Shown here: one piece after another, positions 1 through 12,524 of the stretch
How positions within the stretch are numbered: the stretch's first letter is position 1
Layout: the number at the start of each line of letters is the position of its first letter
Assembly (NCBI RefSeq): GCF_963921235.1
Contig: NC_086109.1
Coordinates: 13,518,001-13,582,000 of the forward strand
From: Mobula hypostoma
Lineage: Eukaryota
Direction of reading: 5' to 3'
Length of the DNA: 64,000 bases
Notes under the pieces: generated by a model
Told to the model about the DNA's origin: nothing
Database searches by the model: none
The model's input: only the letters and a program-made list of their open reading frames with translations
Program-made: the position numbers and the translations under genes

Positions 1-714
1 CCACTCTGGCTAAAGAAATTCCTCCTCAATTCCATTCTATTCTGAGGCTGTATCCTCTTATACAGCGTAAAAGCTACTGGAGAATTGCAGTGCTGGTAAA
101 CAAATAAAGTACAAGATCATAATGAGGTAATTTGTGAGGCCAAGAGTCTATCTTACTCTGCGAGAGGTCAATTCAAGAGTTTGATAATGGTGGGTGTAGA
201 AACTGTCATTGGGCCTGGTGCTTCCAGGCTTTTGTATCTTCTGCCAGATGGGAGGGGGAATGTTTGGGGTGGCTGGAGGAGGCTTTGATTATGCTGGCTG
301 CTTTAGTCAAGCAGTGAAAAATGTAGACAGCGTCTATATGATGTTGTCCTTTAAAGTTAAATTGGATAGATATATGGACAGGAGAGGAATGAAGGGTTAT
401 GGGCTGAGTGCAGGTCGGTGGGACTAGGTGAGAGTAAGAGTTCGGGCCAGACTAGAAGGGCTGAGATGGCCTGTTTCCGTGCTGTAATTGTTATATGATT
501 ATATGAGTTAAACACCACAGGCACATGCGACTAGCTTGGGTGGGCATTTGGTCAGTATAGTTGAATTGGGCCAAAGAGCTTGGTTCCATGCTGTATTACT
601 CCATAACTTAGTAAGACCATAAGACAGATAGAACCAGATTTAGGAGTCTCCTTCATGGCTGATTTATTTTCCCTCTCAACCCTACTCTCCTCCCTCCTCC
701 CTGTAACATTTGAC

Positions 715-1415
715 ATCCTGGTCAGATCCCACTCGGAGTACTGTGCTCAGTTTTGATCACCTCACTACAGGAAGGATGTTGGAAACCATAGAAAGGGTGC
801 AGAGGAGATTTACAAGGATGTTGCCTGGATTGGGGAGCATGCTTTATGAAAACAGGTTGAGTGAACTCGGCCTTTTCTCCTTGGAGCGACGGAGGATGAG
901 AGGTGACCTGATAGAGGTGTATAAGATGATGAGAGGCATTGATCGTGTGGATAGTCAGAGGCTTTTTCCCAGGGCTGAAATGGCTGCCACAAGAGGGCAT
1001 GGGTTTAAGGTGCAAACAACAAGAATTCTGCAGATGCTGGAAATTCAAGCAACATACATCAAAGTTGCTGGTGAACGCAGCAGGCCAAGCAGCATCTATA
1101 GGAAGAGGTGCAGTCGACGTTTCAGGCCGAGACCCTTCGTACTAACGTGCTGACGAAGGGTCTCGGCCTGAAACGTCGACTGCACCTCTTCCTATAGATG
1201 CTGCTTGGCCTGCTGCGTTCACCAGCAACTTTGATGTATGGGTTTAAGGTGCTTAGGAATAGGTACAGAGGAGATGTCAGGGGTAAGTTTTTTACGCATA
1301 AAGTGGTGAGTGCGTGGAATGGGCTGCCGGCAACAGTGGTGGAGGCGGTTACGATAGGGTCTTTTAAGAGACTCTTGAATAGGTACATGGAGCTTAGAAA
1401 AATAGAGGGCTGTGA
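715..1415 (+). mobile_element. CR1 LINE 3' fragment interrupted by a Penelope fold-back insert
   Basis: IERVQRRFTRMLPGL...LERRRMRGDLIEVYK and FFTHKVVSAWNGLP are CR1 ORF2 C-terminal motifs. Confidence 0.9.
1014..1237 (-). mobile_element. Penelope 3'-end fold-back insertion with hammerhead motif
   Basis: Inverted arms around 1141-1149; 15-bp TSD ATGGGTTTAAGGTGC at 999-1013 and 1238-1252; CTGACGA...GAAACGTC core at 1150-1177. Confidence 0.85.
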
Positions 1416-1804
1416 GTAATGCCCTCTAATCACCGAGATGCCCCACTATTGGAAATATAGTAGGACTCAATCATCTATTACAACTTGCAGGAATATTAAT
1501 TGTCTCTCCCTCACTAGAGATATACACCCTACTGATTGAGACAGTTTGCAAACATCATCAACATCAAGAAGAGAGTTAGTCACAAGATGAATTGGTAGAA
1601 AATGATACTTATTAGTTACTGTGGTTTATGGCAGAATGGAGTTGGAACCCAATCATAGATTAACACATACAGAAGAAATTCCATTCTTCACTAAAGCATT
1701 GTCTGTTTTCAAGAGTAATATATATGATGATCTAACACATTTCTGGAAAGGGTTATAATACTTCTCATCCTTACTGGAATGAAAATCATGGCTGTCATGT
1801 TACA

Positions 1805-3349
1805 TGCCCAAGAAATAGTGGATGCATTAGTGATAATTTTTCAAAACTCGTTAGATTCTGGACTAGTTCCTGAGGATTGGAGGCTGGCTAATGTAACCCC
1901 AATTTTTAAAAAAGGAGGGAGAGAGAAACCGGGGAATTATAGACCGGTTAGCCTAACGTCGGTGGTGGGGAAACTGCTGGAGTCAGTTATCAAGGATGTG
2001 ATAACAGCACATTTGGAAAGCGGAGAAATGATCGGACAAAGTCAGCATGGATTTGTGAAAGGAAAATCATGTCTGACGAATCTCATAGAATTTTTTGAGG
2101 ATGTAACTAGTAGAGTGGATAGGGGAGAACCAGTGGATGTGGTATATTTGGATTTTCAAAAGGCTTTTGACAAGGTCCCACACAGGAGATTAGTGTGCAA
2201 ACTTAAAGCACACGGTATTGGGGGTAAGGTATTGGTGTGGGTGGAGAATTGGTTAGCAGACAGGAAGCAAAGAGTGGGAATAAACGGGACCTTTTCAGAA
2301 TGGCAGGCGGTGACTAGTGGGGTACCGCAAGGCTCAGTGCTGGGACCCCAGTTGTTTACAATATATATTAATGACTTGGATGAGGGAATTAAATGCAACA
2401 TCTCCAAGTTTGCGGATGACACGAAACTGGGCGGCAGTGTTAGCAGTGAGGAGGATGCTAAGAGGATGCAGGGTGACTTGGATAGGTTGGGTGAGTGGGC
2501 AAACTCATGGCAGATGCAATTTAATGTGGATAAATGTGAAGTTATCCACTTTGGTGGCAAAAATAGGAAAACAGATTATTATCTGAATGGTGGCCGATTA
2601 GGAAAAGGGGAGGTGCAACGAGACCTGGGTGTCATTATACACCAGTCATTGAAAGTGGGCATGCAGGTACAGCAGGCGGTGAAAAAGGCGAATGGTATGC
2701 TGGCATTTATAGTGAGAGGATTCGAGTACAGGAGCAGGGAGGTACTACTGCAGTTGTACAAGGCCTTGGTGAGACCACACCTGGAGTATTGTGTGCAGTT
2801 TTGGTCCCCTAATCTGAGGAAAGACATCTTTGCCATAGAGGGAGTACAAAGAAGGTTCACCAGATTGATTCCTGGGATGGCAGGACTTTCATATGAAGAA
2901 AGACTGGATGAACTGGGCTTGTACTCGTTGGAATTTAGAAGATTGAGGGGGGATCTGATTGAAACGTATAAGATCCTAAAGGGATTGGACAGGCTAGATG
3001 CAGGAAGATTGTTCCCGATGTTGGGGAAGTCCAGAACGAGGGGTCACAGTTTGAAGATAGAGGGGAAGCCTTTTAGGACCGAGATTAGGAAAAACTTCTT
3101 CACACAGAGAGTAGTGAATCTGTGGAATTCTCTGCCACAGCAAACTGTTGAGGCCAGTTCATTGGCTATGTTTAAGAGGGAGTTAGATATGGCCCTTGTG
3201 GCTACAGGGCTCAGGGGGTATGGAGGGAAGGCTGGGGCGGGGTTCTGAGTTGGATGATCAGCCATGATCATAATAAATGGCGGTGCAGGCTCGAAGGGCC
3301 GAATGGCCTGCTCCTGCACCTATTTTCTATGTTTCTATGTTTCTATGTT
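1805..3349 (+). mobile_element. Young 5'-truncated CR1 LINE with uninterrupted RT domain
   Basis: ORF 1779..3248 with NYRPVSLTS, YLDFQKAFDKV, GVPQGSVLGP and FADD; 3' hairpin and (TTTCTATG)n tail. Confidence 0.95.
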
Positions 3350-4044
3350 TAAAATATGCGAGTATGGGGATTTTTAATTATTTGGTTTCAGAGTTGTTGA
3401 ACTGTAAAATTCTGATTGCTTTCAATTCCTTTGTGAACCATTCATAATAGAGTAAGGGAGTTTGCCAGGAAGTTATTCCATAGAATGTCAAGAAGGTACT
3501 TGACATAAGGGATTTGGCTGGGCTTAAATTGTTAAGTCATGTTTTCTGAATCAACATGCAAGTGACCCTCCCACAGAGGATCTACAAGCAACCTCCTCTT
3601 GGGAAGTTAGGCTGATGGGTCAGTGGAGGAGCACTTTAGCATGAAATGCAAAGCTATTAGCTTCAAAATAATTCTGGAATGAGATAGTGATAGGTTTTGG
3701 AGGTCTAGCTTTAACGGCAATAGAAAGAAAATTGAAAACATTGATTGGCAGAGACTGTTGGTTTGTACTTTCCCTGTGTGGCAAATAGGAGATTTTTAAT
3801 AGTGAGATAGAATGAGTTCAGGGCCAGCATGGTCCTGTTAGCATGAAGGTCAAGGCTGGCACGATAAGGGAACCTTAGTTGACAATGGACATTGAGACTC
3901 CAGTCAAGATACAGAGGAAACCGATGTCGGCTAGAGGTAGCTGTAGTCAAGTAAGTCCCCTGGGGAGTATAAGAGATGTACGATATACTTAAGAAGGCAA
4001 AAAATAGACATGAAATACCCATCATTTCATTGGTTCATCATTCA

Positions 4045-7000
4045 GCTCTAGAACATCAAGATGCTCTTCATTGACAACAGCTCAGTATTCAGCACTATCA
4101 ACCCCTTGAAACTAATCACTAAGCTCCAAGACCTATGCTTCAATACCTCCTTGTGCAATGAGATCCTCAATGTCCTTACTTGCAGACCCCAATCAGTACA
4201 GATTGGCAACAGCATCTCCTCCACAATAACCACTGGTACAGGTGCATAGAAGGCTATGTCTGTAATCCTCAGCGTTACCCATTTTATACCTCTGACTGGG
4301 AGGCTAAACAACTCCGACACCACTGTTATTTACTGATTCAATCCTGTATTGGCATATAGGAGGGAGATTGAAAATCTAGTTGAATAGTGCCACAACAACA
4401 ACCTCTCACTCAGCAGAACTAAAGAGCTGATTATTGACTACAGGAGGAAGAACCCGGAGATCAATGAGCCAGTCCTCATCAGGGGATCAGACATGGAGAG
4501 AGTTAGAAACTGTAAATTCCTTGGAGTTATCATATCAGAGGATCTCTCATGGGACTAGTATATAAGTACTATTAAAAAGAAGGCACACCCACATGTCTAC
4601 TTTTTTTAAGAGTTTGCAAAGATTCAGCATGTTATCTAAAACTTTGACAAACTTCTGTAGATTTGTGGTGGAGAGTATATTGACTGGTTGCATCATGGGC
4701 TGTTATGGAAACACCAATACCCTAGAATGGAAAATCCTACAAAAAGGAGTGGATGCAGTTCAGTCCATCACAGGTAAAGTTCTCTCCACCATAGAGCACA
4801 TCTACATGGAGTGCTTTTGCAGGAAAGCAGCATCCATCATCAAGGACTCCCAACATCCAGGCCATGCTCTGTTCTCACTGCTGCCATTATGAAGGAGGTG
4901 TATGAGTGTCAGGGTGCACGCCACCAGGTTCAGAAACAGTTACTACCCCTCAACCCTGAGGCTGCTGAACCAATGTCAATAACTTCACTCACCTCAACGC
5001 TGAACTGATTCCGCAGCCTATGGACTCTCTTTCAAGGACTCAACAACTCATTTTCTCCATATTACTTATTTACATATTATTATTATTATTATTATCATTA
5101 TCATCATCATTATTATTATTGTCATATTTTTTATTTTGTTCTCAGCTCAAGCTAGTAAAAGCTGAGGTACAGGCATAGCCATGTACACTCATTTCTCAAT
5201 TGCTAGGAACTTTCAGACTATTCTAGTGGAGTTTATTTTTGTGGCTCCTGGAGATTTACATAAATATTGTTGTGTAGGCCTAATTGGTTAATGCTATTAT
5301 GTAATGCCTTTAGGATGATACCAGTTGTAGATATTACTATTGGGACAATATACAGTATACCCTGTTCATGTTTCATAATCTTTCAGTTTCCTCTTTTAAT
5401 TCAGCATATTTCTGGTATTTTCACTTAGTGACTTCTGTATGTTATTTGTGTTTGGAATGGCTATATCTATTAAGAAAGCTGTTTCTACTTGCTTATATTG
5501 GATTATTATATCTGGGCAGTTATCATGGATTATCCTGTCTGTAATAATTCCTCGGTCATAATATAGTATGTGGGATTCTGACTCTAAAAATGGATCAGGC
5601 TTGTATTTATACTAAGGGATGGTGTCTTTTATGAATTTGTATTTTAAAGCATGATTTTGGTGAATAATGTTTACCACTTCATTGTGCCTGTGTAAGTAAT
5701 TAGATTGGGTTAAACTGCTACAGGATCCTGGAATGTGTTGGATTGTTTCTAGTTTCTCTTGGCATTTTCTGCATTTATCATCTTAAATTTGTTGATCTTT
5801 TAATACGTATTTTTGATAATTTTTTTGTGTTAACCACCTGGTCCCGTATTGCCACAAGGAACCCTTCTGTTTCTGAGAAGTGGTCTCCAACGCTGATCCA
5901 AGCATTCGACGCTTCCTTGTTGATATCTAGTCTGCTCAGATCATGGGGGTGTCTTCCATGGAGGGTCATGTTCTGTCATTGGTTAACTTTTTCTTCAATA
6001 CTGATAATTTCTTCATATTTCTGGGTTGTGCTCTCATTTAAGTTTAGTGATGTGTACTTATTAGAATTGCTTATGCTCGTGTGGAGTGCTGAATCCTGTT
6101 TTCGTTGATGATTTCAGGATCTTTAAAGAAAATTATTGAAGTGCATTAATAGATACAGATAAGTCAAATTTTTTATACTGATAATTATGAATGTTATCAC
6201 TGCCAGTACTTTTCCAGTTGTGGATATTTTTTAACCTCTTTTAGCATATCCATTGTAACTTCAAGTGTTTGCATGTCTTCAGTTGTGTGAGTATGCCCCT
6301 TTTCCTCCCTAATCCAGCTTGCTTCTTGATTGTGCATCATCCTTTTTGACCAGATATTAGACCAAAAGTTCATTATCTCGGTGTTTGTTGGTAATTCTGT
6401 GCTAGGGTTGGCACATTTCATGTATCCATTTAGTCTTGCTTTGTATGCACCAAGGTTTTGTTTTAGTGTATTTATAAATTCTACAATGCTTTTGTTAGGT
6501 GGATTGTATCTTGTATGGACTTGTATATTTCCTTAGAATTTCCTTAGCTTTTCTCTTAACTTTCTTGCTTCAGTTATCCATTTTATATTCTATTACATGG
6601 GCTATTTCTGCCCTTAAGGTTTCAATTTTGTTTCTTAATCTCTTCTGCCATTTTGGTATTCTCATTTTGTTACTCAGTTTTGAATTTCTATTAATGAGTG
6701 TCTCTATTTTAGAGCCATTGCATTGCACTGTTGTTAATGCTCAGCATGTTATTGCATGTCATTCTACAAATGTTTCAAATTTTCCTAAATATGGTAATAT
6801 AACATTGTTGAGAGTATTAAAATTTTTTGCAAATTTTGATGACTTTTTTTGTTTTGGTATGTAGGCTGCTTTTGCCGAGTCAGTGCCCATATATTCTGTT
6901 AGTGTGGTGTTAAGTGTTAGGATTATTTTGTCTGCAATTATTATTGTTGTATTTACACAGTTACTATTTATATATGTATTTATTATTATTGTATTTGCAT

Positions 7001-7155
7001 AATTTTCTTCTATTGCACATTGATTGTCAGTCTTTGTGTATAGTTTCTCATTGATTCTATTGGATTTCTTTGTTCAAATGTAAATGCCTGCAAGAAAATG
7101 AATCTCAGGGTAGTAGATGGTGACAAAATAAATTTACTTTGAACTTTGAACTTTT
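4045..7155 (+). mobile_element. Rex1/Babar-like LINE 3' half, split by an R4/Dong-like insertion (about 5125-6930)
   Basis: [15 protein letters not shown]...RPQSVQIG and KAASIIKDSQHPGHALFSLLP motifs; 3' UTR resumes near 6940 and ends in (CTTTGAA)n. Confidence 0.8.
5125..6930 (-). mobile_element. R4/Dong-like non-LTR retrotransposon (RLE type), RT core deleted
   Basis: Minus-strand NWKSTGSDNIHNY, SETEGFLVAIRDQV, CRKC..H..C knuckle and PDII...IDIAIP; abuts a (TAA)n/(TGA)n tract at about 5075-5120. Confidence 0.75.
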
Positions 7156-7239
7156 GCAGGTAAGATAAAGGAGGACCTAAATAAAACGAAGCAACTAGGG
7201 AGTGAGTTGGTGTTGTGTGAAATCTGGTTCGCAGGTTCG

Positions 7240-7269
7240 ATGAGTAGGGACAGAAGACACTCACTACCG
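7240..7269 (+). CDS. Cytokine gene coding exon 1 (MSRDRRHSLP)
   Basis: ATG at 7240, 10 codons, strong phase-0 donor CCG|GTAAGT. With exon 2 it gives a basic n-region plus hydrophobic h-region signal peptide. Confidence 0.65.
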
Positions 7270-7928
7270 GTAAGTAGTTTATTTATTTAGAGAACAAGAC
7301 AGAGACTAAACATTCAGTATACCCTTCAATTTAAAACTGAGTTACCAATACTCATCTGAGGTGTATACCTGAAGTAGCAGGACAAGACAGATGCTGAACA
7401 TACAAACAGTGGCAAATACTGATCGAAAGTGTGCACTCAGCCCCTCTTCACTGCAGCACACTTCCACTGTTCACCGTTTCCGTGGCACCGGCCAACCGCC
7501 ACCCCCCAGTCCATGGCAACACCGAGAGGGACTAAAAGGAGTGCATTTTTTCAGTGCACTAGATCTATACTCTACCTGCACCAAGACATTTTCAGCTAAA
7601 TGGCGCGAGTGCTAGGGGCTGCAGTGTTCCTTAAACAACCCCATCCCTCGCTAGCACAGTGGAGCGGGTTTCAATGAACAGGTAAAATGGACAATTACTA
7701 CAACAGTATGTTTTCTTAAGGTCTAGTTTGTAATGTATTCGTGGAGCCATTGGTGATAGGGAAACTCTTAAATGAATACTTTTTTCTGTATTCAAAAGGA
7801 CCTGTTTCTGTGCTGTAGTACCCTGTGACTCTATACTGGGAAGCGTTTCACTTATCGGAGATAGTGGTGTTTCGTTGTATCTGCTTTTGTCCAGCCTGAT
7901 GGTGATGGTCACGAGTTTGGGACGTTCT

Positions 7929-8062
7929 GTCCTGAAGAAGGGTCTCGACCTGAAACATCAACTATCTATTCATTCCCAGAGATGCTGCCTGACCTGCTGA
8001 GTTCCTCCAACATTTTGTGTGTGTTGCATTGGATTTCCAGCACTTGCAGACCTTCTCATGTT
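7929..8062 (+). mobile_element. Penelope 3'-end fragment starting at a degenerate hammerhead motif
   Basis: GTC-CTGAAGA-AGGGTCTCGACCT-GAAACATC followed by the GATGCTGCC...CCAGCA tail; GTTCTGTCC duplicated at 7924 and 8060. Confidence 0.75.
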
Positions 8063-8084
8063 CTGTCCATATAGCCTGTTTAAA

Positions 8085-8545
8085 AGGAGAATGATTCCAG
8101 GAATGAAAGGGTTAACACGTGAAGTGCATTTGATGGCTCTGGGCCTCTACTTGCTGGAGTTTAGAAGAATGACGGAGGATATCATTGAAACCTATCGATT
8201 GTTGAAAGCCCTAGATATAATAGATTGGAGAGGATGTTTCCTATAGTAGGTGAATCAAGGACCAGAGGGCACAGCTTCAGAATAGAAAGACATCCATTTA
8301 AAACAGAGATTAGAAGGAATTTCTTGAGCCAGAGGGTAGTGAGTCTGTGGAATTCATTGCCACAGATGACTGTGGAGGCCAAGTCATTAAGCAAAGGTTG
8401 ATAGTTATTTAGAGTGCCAAAGGTTAGGGGAAAAGACAGGGAAGTGGGGTTGAGAGGAATAATAAGTCAACCATGATGGAATGGTGGAGCAGACTCAATG
8501 AGCAGAGTGGCCTAATACCGCTCCTGTCTTAATGGTCTTATGGTC
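8085..8545 (+). mobile_element. CR1 3' fragment
   Basis: RRMIPGMKGL...LEFRRM...DIIETYR; CR1 3' UTR hairpin and tail. Confidence 0.85.
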
Positions 8546-8877
8546 TTAAGTAACTTTACTGACCTCACAGCCAAGTGCGTCGATGGGACCCACTGCGGAG
8601 AGTCCTGCCAGCGATGCAAGGAATGAATGTCTATAGTGATGGATAGGATGAGAGCCAAACAAATGAATTTGTCCTGGATAAGAGTCAAACTTGTTTAGTG
8701 TCATTGGAGCTATAGCCATCAAGTCAAGTGGAAAATAATCAGCCATAGTCCAGATTTCTGCTTTAAGGGTTACTCCCACCACCCACCCCACTACAGTGTT
8801 GCACTGGACTGACAACACCAACTTGCTTTTGTAGCAATAGTGTTTACATGTCAGGATAAATTGGGAGACTTGCCAAT

Positions 8878-9108
8878 AGCAATGGTCAGTGGTGTAGGGG
8901 CATCAGCACTGGACTTTGAGGGACTTTGAGGTAGAAGGTCCTGAGTTCAAATCTGGCCAGGTCCCAACATGGACTGACGAAAGTCTTGGCAATCTACTTC
9001 CATATCTTGCCACAAAAACCCTACGGACAACTACACGATCCACAGGGACAACTACACTCTCCATAGGGTCACCATGAGTCACCCTATGACCTGACATCAC
9101 TCAACGAC
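8878..9108 (+). mobile_element. Degenerate tRNA-derived SINE
   Basis: A-box-like AGTGGTGTAG and B-box GAGTTCAAATC; head resembles the SINE at 38932-39187. Confidence 0.5.
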
Positions 9109-9437
9109 AATATCTCCTGATCCTGAAAGATTTTAAAGTGCTCTGCAGCCAAACAAATGCAGCATGGTTTCTGTTGTAAAATGCAGAGAAATATGAACAT
9201 TCATTCTGGAGAACGTCCTGCTCTATTCTGGAATAGAGCCGTGGGATCTGAGGGGGATCTCAGATGTGCATCTCCCCCAAGGGCTGACACTCTGGACAGA
9301 GAAGTACTGAGTGTCAGCCTAGATTACTTGCTTAAGTCCTTGTTGTGGAATTCTATCCCTGAGCCTTCTGGCTCAGAGGCAAGCTGAACACTTCTGATTG
9401 TCATTGAGAAATGATTTTGTCAGATATTTTTGTTTAA

Positions 9438-9714
9438 AGATGCAGCGTGGAATAGGTGCTTCTGGCCCAACAAGCCTCACCGCCCAGCAACCCAACTGTT
9501 TAATGTACAGGACAATTTATAATGGCCAATTAACCTACTAGCCAGCACATCTTTTCGAATGTGGAAGGAAAACCAAGCACCCGGTTGAAACCCACACGAT
9601 TCACAAGGAGAACAAACAGATTCCATAAAGACAGCCACCGAAATTGAACTCCAAGCTCCGGAATGTTCTGAGCTATAATAGTGTCACACTAACCCCCGCA
9701 CTACTGTGACGCCA
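9438..9714 (-). mobile_element. V-SINE (HE1-like)
   Basis: Reverse complement of the V-domain-like TTCTCCTTGTG...GTGGGTTTC...CCTTCCACATTC; tRNA-like head and CR1-like tail. Confidence 0.7.
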
Positions 9715-9964
9715 AGAATATACCAGAAAATATCACCAGATGTGGGATGTCTTTGGTTATGAAATATGTGAAGGGATTTTTTACACCATTTTGCATGGAG
9801 AAGCAGTTCTCTTCAGTCCTTTATACTGTATGTCTCTCTTTGCTTCTCAGCTGCACTAAAATTGTGGAATCCCTTTTTTGAATTTCACAGGGATTTTTTT
9901 TAATAATGGCTTGTGGTTTTGGAATTCTGCAAACACAATGAAGGGCAATTCCAATGTTTTCGAA

Positions 9965-9974
9965 GGGAATTCCC
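9965..9974. promoter_or_regulatory. Palindromic NF-kB-type site GGGAATTCCC in intron 1
   Basis: Exact motif in repeat-free DNA; RUNX-type TGTGGTT at 9912-9918. Motif only, function untested. Confidence 0.35.
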
Positions 9975-10214
9975 AACTGCCAGATGAAAGATTTTCTATG
10001 TGACCCTTTTGCAACTTTGTCAATATACCAGGAATTCCTAATATGCTTAAAAAACAATAATTTCACAGTCTTAAACTATGCATCTCACAAATCAAAATTT
10101 TATTGCCAGTGAAGAGCTGCTTCACATACCTAAGTTATCTTATATCCTGACGGTGCAAAGAGGATTCCTTCACTGAGAGGATTTTGTAGTACTTTTTGTT
10201 AACACTTATTACAA

Positions 10215-11140
10215 AAGTTCAAAGTGAGTTTATCATCAAAGTACATATATGTCACCATATACCAGATTCATTTTCTTGTGGGCATTTACAGGAAAATAAA
10301 GAAATACAACAGAGATTATGAAAAACTATACATAACAAAGACTGACAAACAACCAATGAGCAAAACAAGATAAGTTGTACAAATAAAAACTGATACTGAG
10401 AGCATGAGTTGTAATGAGTCACTAAAAGTGAGTCTGTCGGTTGTGACACACATCAAAGTTGCTGGTGAACGCAGCAGGCCAGGCAGCACCTCTAGAAAGA
10501 GGTACAGTCGACGTTTTGGGCCGAGACCCTTCATCAGGACCGAAGCGTCGACTGTACCTCTTCCTAGAGATGCTGCCTGGCCTGCTGCGTTCACCAGCAA
10601 CTTTGATGTGTGTTGCTTGAATTTCCAGCATCTGCAGATTTCCTCGTGTTTGCTGTTGATTGTGAAATCATTTCAGAGTTGAGGCGAGTGAAGTTATTCA
10701 TGCCAGTTCCGGAGGCTGATGGTTGTAGGGTAATAGCTGTTCCTGAACCTGGAGATGAGGGACCTAAGGCTTCTGTACCTTCTACCTGACGACAGTCGCG
10801 AGAAGACAGCATTCCTTGGATGAGGGGGGGCTTTGAATGATGGATGTTGTTTTCTTGTGGCAGCGCTCAATGTAAGTGTCTTCAGTGATGGGGAGGGCTT
10901 TGTCTGGGATGGAATGGGGAGTGCAAATAATTTTTAAAAAGTAAAAAAAAATATACTAAGAACATAAGCTGTAAAGTCCTTGAAAGTGAGTCATTAGGTT
11001 GTGGAGTGAGTTCAGCATTGAGGTGAGTGAAGTTATCTACGCTGGTTCAAGACCTGATGGTTGAAGGGTAGTAACTGTTCCTGACCCTGGTAGCGTGTGA
11101 CATAAGGCTTCTGTACCTCCTGCCCAAGGGTAGTAACTGG
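10215..11140 (-). mobile_element. Rex1-like LINE 3' ends (two), first one interrupted by a Penelope insert
   Basis: Reverse complement of the FRNSYYPSTIRLLN region and tail seen at 4900-7155 and 21200-21490. Confidence 0.7.
10447..10652 (+). mobile_element. Penelope 3'-end fold-back insertion
   Basis: Inverted arms meeting near 10540; imperfect 13-bp TSD CTGTCGGTTGTGA / CTGTTGATTGTGA. Confidence 0.85.
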
Positions 11141-11708
11141 AATAAGTCCGCTCATCCTATCTCCAACAGAACTGTAAACTGGTATTGTCTATCACCATCT
11201 CATAATGTACATTGCAGTTTGGACAATTCAACACACAGCAGTGTACACTAATGAAGTTAAATATAACTCTGTAGAGCCCACTCTATTGCTTACCATGATT
11301 TTTAAAAAATGCTTTAACTTTTTTTTGTGGGGGGAAGGAATTGTCAAAGATTCATATCAGACCTTGCAGTGAAAATGCCTTCCCTCTCCCCAACAGCTGC
11401 TGAATTCCTCCAGCAGATTGCTTGTTGTTCCACACTGTAGCATCTGCAGGCTCTTATGTTTCCTCTTGCTTTTAGGACATTTCTTTATTGTATTTCTTTA
11501 TTTTCTTGCTTTTATGTCCTTGCACTTGGAGTTCAAATCCTACCCAGGTAGAAGCTCCTTTATCTAGCAAGTGTAAAGGTGGATCTGAGATACCTTTGAA
11601 CGTGTCAAATTCCTTCCTGGACGTGGACTCAGAATTTGGCAATGAGGCCATTGAGGTTGGCGTGGTCTAGCACCTTTTAGGAAATTCAGGGTTAAACATT
11701 TTTAAAGA

Positions 11709-12033
11709 TTAGCTTTATTTGTAACATGTGCACCGAAACATATAGTGAAATATGTCATTTGCATCGACGACCAACACAGCCTGAAGATGTTTCTGGGGGT
11801 AGGGGGTGGCACCCTGCAAGTCTCGCCATGCTTCTGGCACCAACATTGCGTACCCTCAACACACTAACCCTAACCCGTACATCTTTTGGAATGTGGGAGG
11901 AAACTGGAGCACCTGGAGGAAACTCAATGTGGTCATGGGGAAGAACATACAGGCAGTGGTGGGAGTTGAACCCTGATATTCCATTCACTGGCACTGTGAC
12001 GCGTTACACCAACCACTATACTACTGTGCCGCC
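11709..12033 (-). mobile_element. V-SINE (HE1-like)
   Basis: Reverse complement of TTTCCTCCAGGTGCTCCAGTTTCCTCCCACATTCCAAAAGATGTACGGGTTAGG, with tRNA-like head GGCGGCACAGTAG. Confidence 0.75.
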
Positions 12034-12524
12034 TTGCACCTTACTGTGCCACTTCCGACCCAGGAGTCACTGGTGTGGGCACTGTCCACCACACTAATGT
12101 TTGGAAGAGTTAAAAGAATATAAAGTAAGGTGAAAATATGGAACTTGGCATTACTAGATCCCTCTTCCACCTTTTTTTTGACCAACCCCGTATTGTCTAC
12201 TTAATCTTTGGTCTGAAGTCCTTATTCCTGAATCACAAGTTCTGAGTTCTAGCTTTTGTTTCTCAACAAAATATTAATTGCCACAATGGCATATGGACTC
12301 AAAGGATTTACCCAAGCAGGGGATTTAGTACCATAGAGAGTGAAAAGGAAGTTTTGTTCTGGAAGCTAAAACTGGATAAACAGAGGGAGATGTCGATAGG
12401 TCATGATGAGATATGGACGTTGGGTCAAATAGCTGCTCTCTAAAGGTGACCATCTGACTGACTGTTTGTACCTGCATGACCGAGCCACACTGATGGCAAT
12501 GATTGTATTTCCGTTTTATTGCAG

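Noticed and set aside
1779..3248. 489-aa ORF (and 416-aa ORF 19121..20371) as host genes
   Set aside because: They are 5'-truncated CR1 ORF2 fragments with CR1 tails, in several copies.
7674..7706. Alternative coding exon 1 (ATGAACAG|gt or ATGGACAATTACTACAACA|gt)
   Set aside because: Donor phases 2 and 1 are out of frame with phase-0 exon 2.
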